26,817 bases of DNA from Candidatus Bathyarchaeia archaeon (GTDB lineage Archaea; Thermoproteota; Bathyarchaeia; Bathyarchaeales; Bathycorpusculaceae): positions 1-26,817 of the forward strand of contig JBEKKX010000035.1 of NCBI GenBank assembly GCA_050010515.1, given 5' to 3'. This document shows, piece by piece, positions 8,583 through 19,075 of the stretch. The notes beneath the pieces were generated by a model that was given only the letters and a program-made list of their open reading frames with translations, did no database searches and was not told the DNA's origin. The translations under genes were made by a program, and so were the position numbers. How positions within the stretch are numbered: the stretch's first letter is position 1; every line of letters starts with the position of its first letter.

Positions 8583-9794
8583 ATGAGAATTCTTCAAGTA
8601 GTTCCCTACTTCTACCCGGCTTATGCTTTCGGAGGACCAATTAAAATGGTCTGCCAAATTTCTACGGAGTTGGCGAAGCGAGGGCACGAAGTTGTTGTTT
8701 ACACAAGTGACGCTAGAGATTTCAATTCGCGATTGAAACCCCGTTTCCGAAAAATCGATGGGGTAAGCGTTTTTTATATCAAAAACTTGTCGATGTTTTC
8801 AGTTAGCAAATCCAAACTGTTCATAACTCCTCAATTAATTCCATTGATTGAGAAAGAGGGTTGGGCATTTGATATTATTCATTTGCATGAATATAGAACT
8901 TTTCAAAACTTAGTCGTAGCAAGATATGCAAAAGCGCATGGGATTCCGTATGTTTTTCAAGCACACGGTTCTTTACCCAAGATAGGCCGACAATCTAGAA
9001 AGTGGGTTTTTGACGCTTTTTTTGGTTTTAGACTATTGAAAGACGCTTCAATGACTATTGCTCTCACTCGCGCTGAACGTCATCAACTTCGACGCATGGG
9101 CGTCCCTGAGGAAAAGATAGCTCTTATTCCTAATGGATTAGATTTGTCACAATATGCTTTTCTACCTGCTAAGGGGTCTTTTAGGAAAAAGCATAATATT
9201 CCAGAAAATAGGAAAATAATACTCTATTTAGGGAGAATTCATGAAATAAAGGGGATAGACATTTTGGTTAAAGCATATTCATATGCAAAAAAAACGTTGC
9301 GGCTAAACAATGCAGTGCTCGTTATATGTGGGTCAGATGATGGATATTTAGGTGAATTGGAGAATTTGTTGGTCTCCCTAGGGTTAACACATGATGTTCT
9401 GTTGACAGGACCATTATTCGGGAAGAATAAACTTGAGGCTTACCAGGATTCAGACATTTTCGTCTTGCCGTCACGTTATGAGACTTTTCCAAACGTTGTT
9501 TTAGAAGCGTACGGTTGTTCTAAACCGGTTATTGCTTCTAATGTCGAATCAATGTCTGATATTGTCTTGGACGGAATTACAGGGTTTTTGTTTGAAGCTA
9601 ACGATGTAAAAAGATTGGCAGAACTACTTATAAATGTTCTATCGAATGAAAAAGAGGCTGAAAAGATGGGTAAGACGGCCCGCGAGTTTGTAGAGAGGAA
9701 TTTCTCAATTGAAAGAGTAGTGGATTCCTTTGAAGTTCTCTTCAGGGATAGCTTAAAAAAAATAGAAAGGAGTCAAAAATATGCACAGATATAG
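8583..9794 (+). CDS. GT4 glycosyltransferase
   Basis: MRILQVVPYFYPAYAFGGP, LGRIHEIKG, PSRYETFPNVVLEA (EX7E). Confidence 0.94.
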   Translation: MRILQVVPYFYPAYAFGGPIKMVCQISTELAKRGHEVVVYTSDARDFNSRLKPRFRKIDGVSVFYIKNLSMFSVSKSKLFITPQLIPLIEKEGWAFDIIHLHEYRTFQNLVVARYAKAHGIPYVFQAHGSLPKIGRQSRKWVFDAFFGFRLLKDASMTIALTRAERHQLRRMGVPEEKIALIPNGLDLSQYAFLPAKGSFRKKHNIPENRKIILYLGRIHEIKGIDILVKAYSYAKKTLRLNNAVLVICGSDDGYLGELENLLVSLGLTHDVLLTGPLFGKNKLEAYQDSDIFVLPSRYETFPNVVLEAYGCSKPVIASNVESMSDIVLDGITGFLFEANDVKRLAELLINVLSNEKEAEKMGKTAREFVERNFSIERVVDSFEVLFRDSLKKIERSQKYAQI

Positions 9795-10782
9795 AATTGG
9801 AATAACCGGCGGTTCAGGGTTTATAGGTTCTTCTCTGGCTAAGCATTTGTCTTCGAGCTTTGACGTAAAAATACTGGATGTCAAGGCACCAATAGAGAAA
9901 ACAGCTGGTTTAGTGTTTGAGTTATGTGATATCCGGAAATACGAAGAGGTTGCAAAGGCACTGGCGGATTGTGATTTGGTTATTCACGCCGCTATTATTC
10001 AAATTCCTCTAATTAACGAAGATAAACGTCTGGGGTATGAAGTTAATTTTTTGGGCACGGCTAATATTTGTAGAACTGTTGAAGAGTGCCCAAGGGTAAA
10101 AGGAATGATTCTATCTGGCACTTGGCACACTATGGGTGAAAGAGGCCTTAGTGGCGTCATAAATGAGGAAATTGGTTTTAGGCCTGACAAGGTTGAAGAT
10201 AGAGCACGATTATATGTGCTATCAAAGATGGCGCAAAACGCTATAGTTCGCTTTTACAGTGAAATGTCTGATAAGATCTATGGCATAATTAGAATGGGAA
10301 CTGTTTTGGGTGAGGGTATGCCCGAGAAGACGGCTGCGAACATATTTATAACGCGGGGTCTGAAAGGTAAATCTCTAACTCCTTACAAAAACAGTGCGTA
10401 TAGGCCAATGTTGTACGTTGACATAGATGACGTATGCCAAGCTTATGAGAAATTCGCTAGAAAAATATTGAACGGCGAATTTGAAAAGAGCCAGAATAGT
10501 TTATCGCACATCGTTAATGTTTACTATCCAAGCCCCGTAACGATATTGGAACTGGCAGGAATTGTTAGAGATGCGATAATAAAGTACTCGAGTGGAAGAG
10601 TGGATCCGCGGATAGAGGTAATTGATCAAGGGAAGCCGTTGTTGTTTAACGAAGAGGACAAAGACAAAATAAAGGTAGATATAACAAAAGTCTCAAGGCT
10701 GTTAGGATTGGAGAAGCTCACGAGTCCCAAAGAGTCTATAGAAAAAATAGTCAAAAATAAACTTTGCAGTAATAATCCGTGA
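9781..10782 (+). CDS. NAD-dependent epimerase/dehydratase family protein (divergent)
   Basis: ITGGSGFIG, HAA, YVLSK (YxxxK). It has an atypical SGTWH where SS.AVYG is usual. Confidence 0.88.
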   Translation: MHRYRIGITGGSGFIGSSLAKHLSSSFDVKILDVKAPIEKTAGLVFELCDIRKYEEVAKALADCDLVIHAAIIQIPLINEDKRLGYEVNFLGTANICRTVEECPRVKGMILSGTWHTMGERGLSGVINEEIGFRPDKVEDRARLYVLSKMAQNAIVRFYSEMSDKIYGIIRMGTVLGEGMPEKTAANIFITRGLKGKSLTPYKNSAYRPMLYVDIDDVCQAYEKFARKILNGEFEKSQNSLSHIVNVYYPSPVTILELAGIVRDAIIKYSSGRVDPRIEVIDQGKPLLFNEEDKDKIKVDITKVSRLLGLEKLTSPKESIEKIVKNKLCSNNP

Positions 10783-10934
10783 ACAATCTATATTTGCATC
10801 CAAAATATTTAGGTTTGAAGAAAGAAAATCACGATGAGGAACTTTTAGCCTCTAATGAAAAGGCTGAGCAATACATGCTTATGGATGTGGCTGGAGGTCT
10901 CAGAGTTTTCAAAGACAGTAATTCCTGTGTTTAA
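10779..10934 (+). CDS. 51-codon ORF, probably a collapsed gene remnant
   Basis: GTG overlaps the upstream stop (GTGA) and TAA ends 3 nt before ATG 10938, so it fills the gap exactly. No motif recognised. Confidence 0.35.
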   Translation: MNNLYLHPKYLGLKKENHDEELLASNEKAEQYMLMDVAGGLRVFKDSNSCV

Positions 10935-10937
10935 CCA

Positions 10938-12083
10938 ATGCCCCGCTTAAAATTGGCCATAGTACATAACACGATAGCACCGTACAGGCATCCTTTGTTT
11001 GAGGCGCTTTCTCGAGATTTGGATTTGATGGTTTACTATTGTTCAGTTAAGCATAGCTCGCGTAAGTGGGATTTATGGCCACGAAATTATGATTACGAAT
11101 ATAAGATTCTGCCAAGGATACCGCTAAGGACGCCACTAGGCGATCAAAGTCTGAATTTATCGATAATAAAGGAACTTATCTTAAATAAACCTCACGTACT
11201 AATACTGAGCGATTACACTGAACCGACGATATGGCTTGCCCTTGCTGTAGCTAAATTGTTGAAGATCCCATTAATTTATTGGACAGAAGGAATAAAGGAA
11301 CCGCAATCGATCCTTGGGAGAATAAGCAGACCTTTAAGGGCATTGTTCGTAAAAAAATCAGGGTCAATAATAGTTCCTGGGCGATTATCAAGAAATTATG
11401 TCATTAGTCTAGGTGCTGATCCAGAAAAAGTGTTCATTGCTCCAAACGCCATAGATAACAAGCTATTCGTTGAAACTTCAGGTAAATATGTAGCCCATAA
11501 GAATCAGCTGAGAGATCAGTTAGGGTTTAAGGACAAAGTTCTCATTCTTTATATTGGTCAATTGATTGAGCGGAAAGGCGTTAAATATCTTTTGAATGCC
11601 TATGCAAAGATAAAAAAAGAATACCCTAATGTGGCACTATTAGTTTTAGGAAGCGGCCCCTCAGAATCCAATTTGCGAAAACTCGCTAATTCCATAGAGC
11701 TTCGTGACTTCAGAATTATCCAATCTGGGTCGAACCTAAAAAAACTAATAACGCTGTATTCTATTGCTGACATTTTTGTATTGCCAACTCTAGAAGATGT
11801 TTGGGGATTTGTTATAAATGAGGCTATGGTATGTGGATTACCTGTAGTGTCGACATATGCTTCCCAAGCAGCCTGTGAAATGGTACGTTCTGGAATAAAC
11901 GGTTATGCCGTTAATGCGGAGAGTTCGGAAGAACTATACGTCGCCCTTAAGGAGCTGATTTGTAACGTGAAGCGTAGAAAAGAGATGGGTCAGCAGTCGA
12001 GAGACATAGTTAATAATGAATTCGATGTGCGCCACATGGCTGAGGGTTTTGTGCAGGCTGTAAACCATGTCACGTCTAATTGA
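10938..12083 (+). CDS. GT4 glycosyltransferase
   Basis: HNTIAPYR, IGQLIERKG, PTLEDVWGFVINEAM. Confidence 0.93.
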   Translation: MPRLKLAIVHNTIAPYRHPLFEALSRDLDLMVYYCSVKHSSRKWDLWPRNYDYEYKILPRIPLRTPLGDQSLNLSIIKELILNKPHVLILSDYTEPTIWLALAVAKLLKIPLIYWTEGIKEPQSILGRISRPLRALFVKKSGSIIVPGRLSRNYVISLGADPEKVFIAPNAIDNKLFVETSGKYVAHKNQLRDQLGFKDKVLILYIGQLIERKGVKYLLNAYAKIKKEYPNVALLVLGSGPSESNLRKLANSIELRDFRIIQSGSNLKKLITLYSIADIFVLPTLEDVWGFVINEAMVCGLPVVSTYASQAACEMVRSGINGYAVNAESSEELYVALKELICNVKRRKEMGQQSRDIVNNEFDVRHMAEGFVQAVNHVTSN

Positions 12084-12095
12084 GCGAGGACTATA

Positions 12096-12995
12096 ATGCT
12101 AGTAGTGGTGACACCAGTTAAAAATGAAGGGGAACGGTTAATTGATCTGGCTAATCAGCTAGTTGTTCAGACTCTAGTTCCCGACTTATGGATCATAGTG
12201 GATGACAATAGTACAGATGCTACATCTGATGTTGCCAAACAACTCGCACGCGATTATAAGTTTGTCGTGAACATTTCGCTCAATGAATGTTCCGTTTATG
12301 ATGAAGTCTTCAGATATGGGCAGGTGGTACATACTGGGTTCAATTATGCATTAAATTTCTGTGATGCTCCCGATTTTTTGGGAGTGTTGGATGCTGATGT
12401 AAAGCTCAAGAAGAACCACTATGAGGCGTTAGTTAACGCTTTTGATAGCATGCCTCAATTAGGAATCGCTTCTGGCACATTTATAGAATCGAAGAATGGC
12501 ACGTCTTGCTCATTTTTGGAGAATGCTCAGAACCTATCCATATGCGGTGCTGATATGACTTTTCGGAAAGACTGCTTAATTGATATCGGTGGTTTTCCAA
12601 CATGCCCTCGCCCAGATACAGTAGCTCTTCTCAAGGCTGCAAATCGGGGCTGGAAGATTGGAGTTGTCTCCTCGACTTACGTAATACACCTGAGGGGAAA
12701 CATATCTTTTGACAAATATAGTAGGATAGGGTTTGCGAATTATATGTTGGGATACCATAAAATGAACGCGTTAATAAGTGGTCCTTGGTTAGCATTGAGG
12801 AATCTCTCTTTATCACCGCTGGGTTTCACGACAGGTTACTTGACTGGACTTGCAAAAGGCAACAAAATTGCTGACGAGGAAATTACGCGCTATTTTAGAG
12901 AGAGTTTTTTTAGATACATCCATAAATTCTCCAGTCTGTTATCTCACACGAATGTCAGTATGGATCCAATAGAAAACGCGACTGTGAAATTGTGA
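12096..12995 (+). CDS. GT2 glycosyltransferase
   Basis: VTPVKNE, VDDNSTD, LDAD (DxD). Confidence 0.9.
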   Translation: MLVVVTPVKNEGERLIDLANQLVVQTLVPDLWIIVDDNSTDATSDVAKQLARDYKFVVNISLNECSVYDEVFRYGQVVHTGFNYALNFCDAPDFLGVLDADVKLKKNHYEALVNAFDSMPQLGIASGTFIESKNGTSCSFLENAQNLSICGADMTFRKDCLIDIGGFPTCPRPDTVALLKAANRGWKIGVVSSTYVIHLRGNISFDKYSRIGFANYMLGYHKMNALISGPWLALRNLSLSPLGFTTGYLTGLAKGNKIADEEITRYFRESFFRYIHKFSSLLSHTNVSMDPIENATVKL

Positions 12996-13172
12996 CCTTG
13001 CAGATATTTCTCATTGGCGGATTGGTTATGTCCAAATGCCTGATTACCTCTACAAAGGTAAACTTTCCTCTTTTCTTTCTTTTCTTAACCAAGAGAAAAG
13101 AGAAGCACGCGCGCCAAGTCGAGCAAAAAATCCTAAATCAACTAAAAATAAACTAATCTAACATTATCTGTA

Positions 13173-14352
13173 GTGCAGCTAACTTTGAAAATTCTTTTTG
13201 TTCTTGGTTGTCCTAATCTTTTTCCAGGTGCTGCTTGGACTAGAATCGGCTTTTTTGCTGAAAATTGGTCTAATAAAGGACACGAAGTGGATGTGCTGAG
13301 CGCTTTCAGTTATAAATCGCTTCAAAAAAGGGGCGGCTGGAAATTTGGTAAGGTGCGCATCTTTAATCTTATCTTTAAGATGAATTTAGGGAACTCTTAG
13401 TCTTCACAATAAATAGCTTAATGTCCGTAATAGTTACAATGTTTTACCTAATTGCTGATCGACCAAGTATAGCTATAGTTTCTGTTCCGACTGGTGACGT
13501 TGGGTTAGGTGCAATAATGGCGTGCAGGTTACTTGGAGTTAAATGCGTAGTTGATTACAGAGATGAGTGGGAGAATAATGCTATACATCTTGCTAATTCT
13601 CAAATTGGGAAATCCTTCTATTCTCTGATAAAAAAGCTCATGGCGAATTTGTATACCAAGTGTTGCTTCACAGTTGCTGTAACTTCAAATTTTGCAAGTC
13701 TCTTAACGCGTCGAGGAGTAACTAACATTAGGCTTATACCGAATGGTGCCGATGCTGGAACATTTAAATCGTTAAATAACAAAAAAGGCACTGCATACTT
13801 TACAATTTTTTACTCAGGCGGCATCGGTGGGTATTATAGGTTAGACGTTGCAGTCAAGGCTCTGAAGAGACTTGTAGATAATGGATTAAGAAACGTTAAA
13901 TTGGTCATTGCTGGAGCAGGCGAAGTGCAGAAAATACTCGACTTAGCCCTTGAACTAGACATCTCCGACAATATAGAATATAAGGGTCAATAAGCGACAA
14001 AGCCGAATTGGTGCATCTGATAAATGAATCTGATGTAGGTCTAATTCCTTATGACGATAACCCTCTTTGGAAAAATTCTCTCCCTGCCAAATTCTTTGAA
14101 TATTGTGCATGTGAAATACCCGTGATTGCTACAGCCTATGCCGATTCCTTACTAGCCGAATTAATAAGAAAATACGACATAGGCTTGACTTCGCCGCCAA
14201 TGAATGAAGCGAAACTTGCTGAAGCCATCTTTTAGGTTTACACTAATGAGTCTTTCAGAAAAGCAGCTGGCGCGAAAGCTAGAGCTCTCGTTGAAAAGCA
14301 GTTCGATAGAAATAAGGCTGCTGAAGATTTCCTCAATTTAGTTGAGACTTAA
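13173..14352 (+). pseudogene. GT4 glycosyltransferase pseudogene (two frameshifts, one nonsense codon), paralog of 20289..21500
   Basis: Fragments 13173-13400, 13421-13993 and 14008-14235 join through frameshifts near 13395 and 13988. After TAG 14233-14235 the frame continues VYTNESFRKAAGAKARALVEKQFDR to TAA 14352. It shares FPGA.W.RI, DYRDE and IPYDDNPLW..K.FEYCA with 20289..21500. Confidence 0.9.
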
Positions 14353-14445
14353 TATATTTCATGACTTAAACATTAGAGCTATATAACCATGAATTTTATC
14401 TTGCTATCCCAGACTTTGTCAACAATACTAAAGGAGTAACAAATT

Positions 14446-17400
14446 ATGGCTTTGCATGACTCATTGCGTTGGAAGATTTTTGCAATTTTTAATGCAGCAA
14501 TTGGTGCTTTGGTTGTCTCATTCATGGTTGAAACTTTAATTTTAAGGGTAGTATACTCATCTTTGTTCTTCGTTGTTTTGTATTTACTTCAAAGCTTCTT
14601 TTTCGATTTGAAGACCGACAACGACCATCTTTCTAAATGTAGCAAAATATTTCTAATTCGCAAAACTAACAGCGTCATGTTTGTTTTAGGTCTCTTAGCG
14701 AGCATAGCCATAGTTGTCATCCCTGTTAATTCAGCTTTTTCTAATGCACAGTTTTCAACAGTTCTCTTGAACCTGTCTCCCTTAACATTTTTACGAGTTC
14801 TTCTAGGTTTATTCCTTCTGAGCATATTTCCTGGATATGTGGTAAATTATGCTTTTCTGTCTAAGTCTGGCTTAGATGCTATTGAAAAAATTGGTGTAGT
14901 TTTAGCGTTGAGTTTCGGCGTGAACGCTTTTTTAGGGTTAATTCTCTTGAGGTTGGGTGGACTTACAATAGTTAATCTTCTTTTGGGCATGTGGATATTT
15001 GTTACATTGGTAATAGTAATAAGAACTTTGCGATTTAGACGAGCGAATCCAACTATTTCTTATCAATCTTCTAAGCCGCATGAATATATGAGTTACCTTA
15101 CGCTATTTGTAGTATTCGCGATTATGCTTTTTTCATCATACGCTATCGTTGTTTCAAGTGGTACGGGGTCACTTGCATTAGGAGGCGATATTGGTCGGTA
15201 CATTGCAGTTTCCACGTCGTTAACATCTGGCATAACACCGATTTATCTGAGTGGCTACTCTTTCCTGTTGATGTTCATATCGGTAGCTCAGCATTTTACT
15301 GGGCTCCATATTTTTGCTTCTTACGTTAGTCTTGAGTTTCTTGTTCTCCTAGTTCCTTGCTCTTTCTATCTTCTTTTGAAGTCACTGTTTCCAGAGGATA
15401 GGAAAACTCCCGTTATAGGTGCTGTTCTTATCTCTATAACTAGTGGTCTTTCATCTATTGGTATTTTTGACTTCCTCAGTCTTTACAGCAGTGGTAGTCA
15501 AAATATCAATAGTGCATTATCAAATTTGAGTTCAACAACCGCTTTAGGCACTTTTGACTACCAATTTTATGTAATGCCTCTTAGTTATTCACTTATCTTC
15601 CTGTCCTTAGCGTTTTCCTATAAATATTGCTGCAGAGGAAGAAAACTTACTGACTTGTTGTTATGTGGTTTATTTGCAGTAATTCCTTTGTACACGCATA
15701 GCATTTTTGAGTTTTCAGTTTTCATAGCGACTGTAATAGTTTTCTTATTGTTTTCATCCGTGAAGAACTCTGCAAAAGCTTTGATAGCGATTTGTTTGTC
15801 CATTTTGTTGATATTTATACCCTTTGAAATCACAACAGGAGTATACACATACACACTCACAGACTATTTATTCAGCTTCACAAGCGTTTTTGGCTATACT
15901 AATTTTATGAATCTTGTTAAGTTCCCGTTACTACTCCTTTTAGTTGTAGTTCCTCTGATTGTATTTTTGCGCAGAAGAAAATCTTCTTTACCTTCGATAG
16001 CGTCTGAGAAAGTTCTCTCTCTTTTTGAGAAGCGCCTATTTAAAATAGTTCTCTGGGTTTTTGCAATAGGTTTTTTCATTCTAACAATTTATTTTTGGAG
16101 GTTAAACTGGTCAACTTTTAGCAGTAGTTCAGCAGAATGGCTGCCTCAGTATTGGTATATAACCATTCTTGCTTACGGAATTACTCCTTTTCTAATAATC
16201 GTAACTTTGCCATATATAGTAAAAAGAGGCGATTCACGCAGTCTTTTGTTTATTTTTAGCTTGCTTTTTACGGTATTTCTGTTAGCGTCTTTGTCACTTT
16301 TCATGCCGAACTTCTTTCCTCCAGCTGTTTGGGGTAAACGGTGGCTCTCTTTTGTTTCTTATCCCTTGATTGGCTTAGCCTCACTTGGTTTGTCGTCAAT
16401 AAATTTCACGGCATCAACAGTGAAGGGCATACTGCTTAAGTTTAATCGAGTTAAGATTCGTTTCAGTTCGAACAAAATGCGTGATATCTTGACAATTTTT
16501 CTAATTTTAGCCATATCCTTTTCTTTTTTGTCGTATGCTTATTCTGTTGAATATTTCCAGAGCGCAGCATATACAAAGAGCGTTTCGGATTCCGAAGCCA
16601 ACGTTTATAACTGGATTCTGAAAAATACGCCTGAAAACTCGGTCATTTTGACAGCCACAAGCAGTAGTGCCCAGCAACTTGAATCTATAGCTTGCAGACC
16701 CTCTTTTGGATACTCAGATGCATCAACATCATGGCCACTTCAAGCTTTGTTTAGTTCATGTCTACCCGAGACACTTTTATACTCGCTGAAAGAACTTGGT
16801 GTATCGTATATATTTATCACACCAGACGATGCATCATTTTTAGCCACAAATCTTCAAGATACATATCTGACATCTTTGTTGAACGTTTTACCCATAGCCT
16901 ACAAAAATGGTAACGTTACTTTGTATGCAGCCCCGAATTATCCTTTATACCAAGATTCAAATTACGTTTTGGTATCCCCGACAATAGACCTACTAAACAT
17001 GTCTACCACGCAAAGCTCTTTAGCTTTGTACGACGATTTCAGTGGAAACCTGAGCAACTGGACCGTGATTTCAGGTAACTGGACCACTGAACAGAACGAA
17101 TTGTGCACGTCAGGAAAAGACTCTGTGGCCAATTGGTGCACAATTGTGTCCAATCAGTCTTTCTCAAATTTCATCTATGAGTATAAAGCAAAATCTATGG
17201 TGCCGCCGAATACTGCCCAGTATCAGTATATTTGGGGAATTTTCAGATATGTTGACGCCAACAACTACTACAGTTACTACCTTGGAAATACCACTTATTT
17301 TATATACGAAACATTAGACGGGGTTACTTCTACGCTTGCTTCTGGCCATCTCCCTGCAACTCTAAATCTTACGCAATGGAACAGCGTAAAGGTTGAAGCA

Positions 17401-18843
17401 GAATATTCCACAATAACACTGTATGTCAACGATAATCTAATTACGACAATGCAGGGAACGGGGCAAGAAGGAAAAGTTGGCTTCGAGGCTTACACTGGGT
17501 ATCCTACGTGTTACGGTGACGTTAACGTAACTTCTCTTATCTTGCCGGTGGATTCAAAGTCTGCCCTTTCAGCTTATCAGACTGCATCAAATATGCTTAT
17601 AGCTGCTGAAGTTAATTTTACTGTTATGTCTGATGTGAATTTAGCAAAGCTGCAAACTGGTAATGTGTATGTTTTTCCTTACAACGCACAGGTTCCTGAA
17701 AGCTTATTATCTAACCTCCAAACGTACATATCCCAAGGCGCTAACGTCATATTCCTCGATTCACAATTTGGATCCTTCGACGAACTAGACTCGCCACAAA
17801 ATTCCGTCTTATCGTCAATACTTCAAGTCAACATAGGCGCTACATCCGCATGTTCCGCTATCAACTTTGCGAATGAACAAATCAATTTAAGCTCAAATTA
17901 CACTATTCAAAAACTGATTAGCACCAACAGCGATAACTTAATTATTGCTAACTATACCTTAAATAATCAAACAGTAACGCCCTATATTATTCAAAAACAG
18001 ATAGGTGCAGGGACGCTTTCGTTCATAAATATGGCTGATCTTATAAACTCGGCAAATCCACCAGTTGCGCTGAACCAAGATATTCTTAACTCATCTTTGC
18101 GCTCACTTATGCCGTCTTTGCCTAAACCTGTCCAAACAAAAATAGCGATGACCTCCCCCCTTCCACAAGGTTTGTACAAATTCACAGAATGTAATGATAT
18201 TCCTCAATTGTTGGCAAATAAAGATATCTACAACTACATTTATGTCTATGGCTCACCGATAACCCTTAACGGTTCCTGCATTGTAGAGTCAGATTACGCT
18301 CTCATGACAATGGAACAAACAAAAATCTCTGAACTGGACATTTCAAATGCGACATACAATTTTTCTGTAAAAAATGAGACCTTCTCTTACATCAGCCTTA
18401 AAGGCTCCGCAAATATCTCCATAGAAACAAATTACCTATCGTTTTCGCCCAGCTATAGCGACTCGTTGATTAAACTTACCTTCCCTACGTCAATTACAAT
18501 CCACGTAAGTTTGATTAACGCAGAACTGCAACTCAACACGAGCGACTCTAATTCAAAGAACCTCCTATTTACCTCGGGAAATCTCACAATTACTATCCCA
18601 AATGCAGCGTCGAGTTCTCTAAATATAGCTCTTAACCAACCAACAATCAAACTTAATGGTACCCTAAACTTGTCAGCGTGGCAAGGAATATTCTGGTATG
18701 GCGATAAAGCCATCATCGGCTGGGAAATCAGTCCTGAACAGTGTGTTATCAGCGGAAATCTTTCGTTGCAGCCTATGTATTCCTTTGGTGGAGTTCAAAT
18801 TAAAGTTGAAGATGTACAATACATTAAAAATGTAGAACAATGA
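14446..18843 (+). CDS. Large polytopic membrane protein (GT-C-like N-terminal half) with extracellular beta-rich, ConA-lectin-like domains
   Basis: About 700 aa of closely spaced hydrophobic helices with a GGDIGRY loop. Then YNWILKNTPENSVILT and LKELGVSYIFI, a YDDFSGNLSNWTVISGNW...WNSVKVE...LYVND...GKVGF domain, and many N-x-S/T sequons. Confidence 0.85.
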   Translation: MALHDSLRWKIFAIFNAAIGALVVSFMVETLILRVVYSSLFFVVLYLLQSFFFDLKTDNDHLSKCSKIFLIRKTNSVMFVLGLLASIAIVVIPVNSAFSNAQFSTVLLNLSPLTFLRVLLGLFLLSIFPGYVVNYAFLSKSGLDAIEKIGVVLALSFGVNAFLGLILLRLGGLTIVNLLLGMWIFVTLVIVIRTLRFRRANPTISYQSSKPHEYMSYLTLFVVFAIMLFSSYAIVVSSGTGSLALGGDIGRYIAVSTSLTSGITPIYLSGYSFLLMFISVAQHFTGLHIFASYVSLEFLVLLVPCSFYLLLKSLFPEDRKTPVIGAVLISITSGLSSIGIFDFLSLYSSGSQNINSALSNLSSTTALGTFDYQFYVMPLSYSLIFLSLAFSYKYCCRGRKLTDLLLCGLFAVIPLYTHSIFEFSVFIATVIVFLLFSSVKNSAKALIAICLSILLIFIPFEITTGVYTYTLTDYLFSFTSVFGYTNFMNLVKFPLLLLLVVVPLIVFLRRRKSSLPSIASEKVLSLFEKRLFKIVLWVFAIGFFILTIYFWRLNWSTFSSSSAEWLPQYWYITILAYGITPFLIIVTLPYIVKRGDSRSLLFIFSLLFTVFLLASLSLFMPNFFPPAVWGKRWLSFVSYPLIGLASLGLSSINFTASTVKGILLKFNRVKIRFSSNKMRDILTIFLILAISFSFLSYAYSVEYFQSAAYTKSVSDSEANVYNWILKNTPENSVILTATSSSAQQLESIACRPSFGYSDASTSWPLQALFSSCLPETLLYSLKELGVSYIFITPDDASFLATNLQDTYLTSLLNVLPIAYKNGNVTLYAAPNYPLYQDSNYVLVSPTIDLLNMSTTQSSLALYDDFSGNLSNWTVISGNWTTEQNELCTSGKDSVANWCTIVSNQSFSNFIYEYKAKSMVPPNTAQYQYIWGIFRYVDANNYYSYYLGNTTYFIYETLDGVTSTLASGHLPATLNLTQWNSVKVEAEYSTITLYVNDNLITTMQGTGQEGKVGFEAYTGYPTCYGDVNVTSLILPVDSKSALSAYQTASNMLIAAEVNFTVMSDVNLAKLQTGNVYVFPYNAQVPESLLSNLQTYISQGANVIFLDSQFGSFDELDSPQNSVLSSILQVNIGATSACSAINFANEQINLSSNYTIQKLISTNSDNLIIANYTLNNQTVTPYIIQKQIGAGTLSFINMADLINSANPPVALNQDILNSSLRSLMPSLPKPVQTKIAMTSPLPQGLYKFTECNDIPQLLANKDIYNYIYVYGSPITLNGSCIVESDYALMTMEQTKISELDISNATYNFSVKNETFSYISLKGSANISIETNYLSFSPSYSDSLIKLTFPTSITIHVSLINAELQLNTSDSNSKNLLFTSGNLTITIPNAASSSLNIALNQPTIKLNGTLNLSAWQGIFWYGDKAIIGWEISPEQCVISGNLSLQPMYSFGGVQIKVEDVQYIKNVEQ

Positions 18844-18907
18844 TTCCTGTGAGTAACTGAACTGTATCCTATAAGTGTGAGAAAGTTGCACAAATGGATG
18901 TGAAGCA

Positions 18908-19069
18908 GTGATGAGCGCTAAGATAACATTCGTAGAGACTTATGTTCTCAAGATTCCTGTAAAAATTCGCTTAAGTACTGGTGAAGTTGGCGAAACTAGC
19001 CACTTAATAACTGAGGTTCACACTGACTGTGGCGTAATGGGTATTGGCGAGAGAACCTCCTATGCGTTT
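18908..19069 (+). pseudogene. N-terminal fragment of a mandelate racemase/muconate lactonizing (enolase superfamily) enzyme
   Basis: KITFVETYVLKIP...LITEVHTDCGVMGIGE matches the MR/MLE N-terminal (V.TD.G..G.GE) pattern. It is cut off at GCGCGC 19070. Confidence 0.8.
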
Positions 19070-19075
19070 GCGCGC

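Noticed and set aside
14446-18843. Oligosaccharyltransferase AglB/STT3
   Set aside because: The WWDYG motif is absent after the NTPENSVI segment.
2062-19075. GCGCGC junctions as BssHII-type restriction cut-and-religation products or cloning artefacts
   Set aside because: GCGCGC is the BssHII site, but the same hexamer is the terminus of extended TIRs with a TSD, and some scars are longer (GCGCGCGC), which simple religation would not give. It is disfavoured but not formally excluded without read data.
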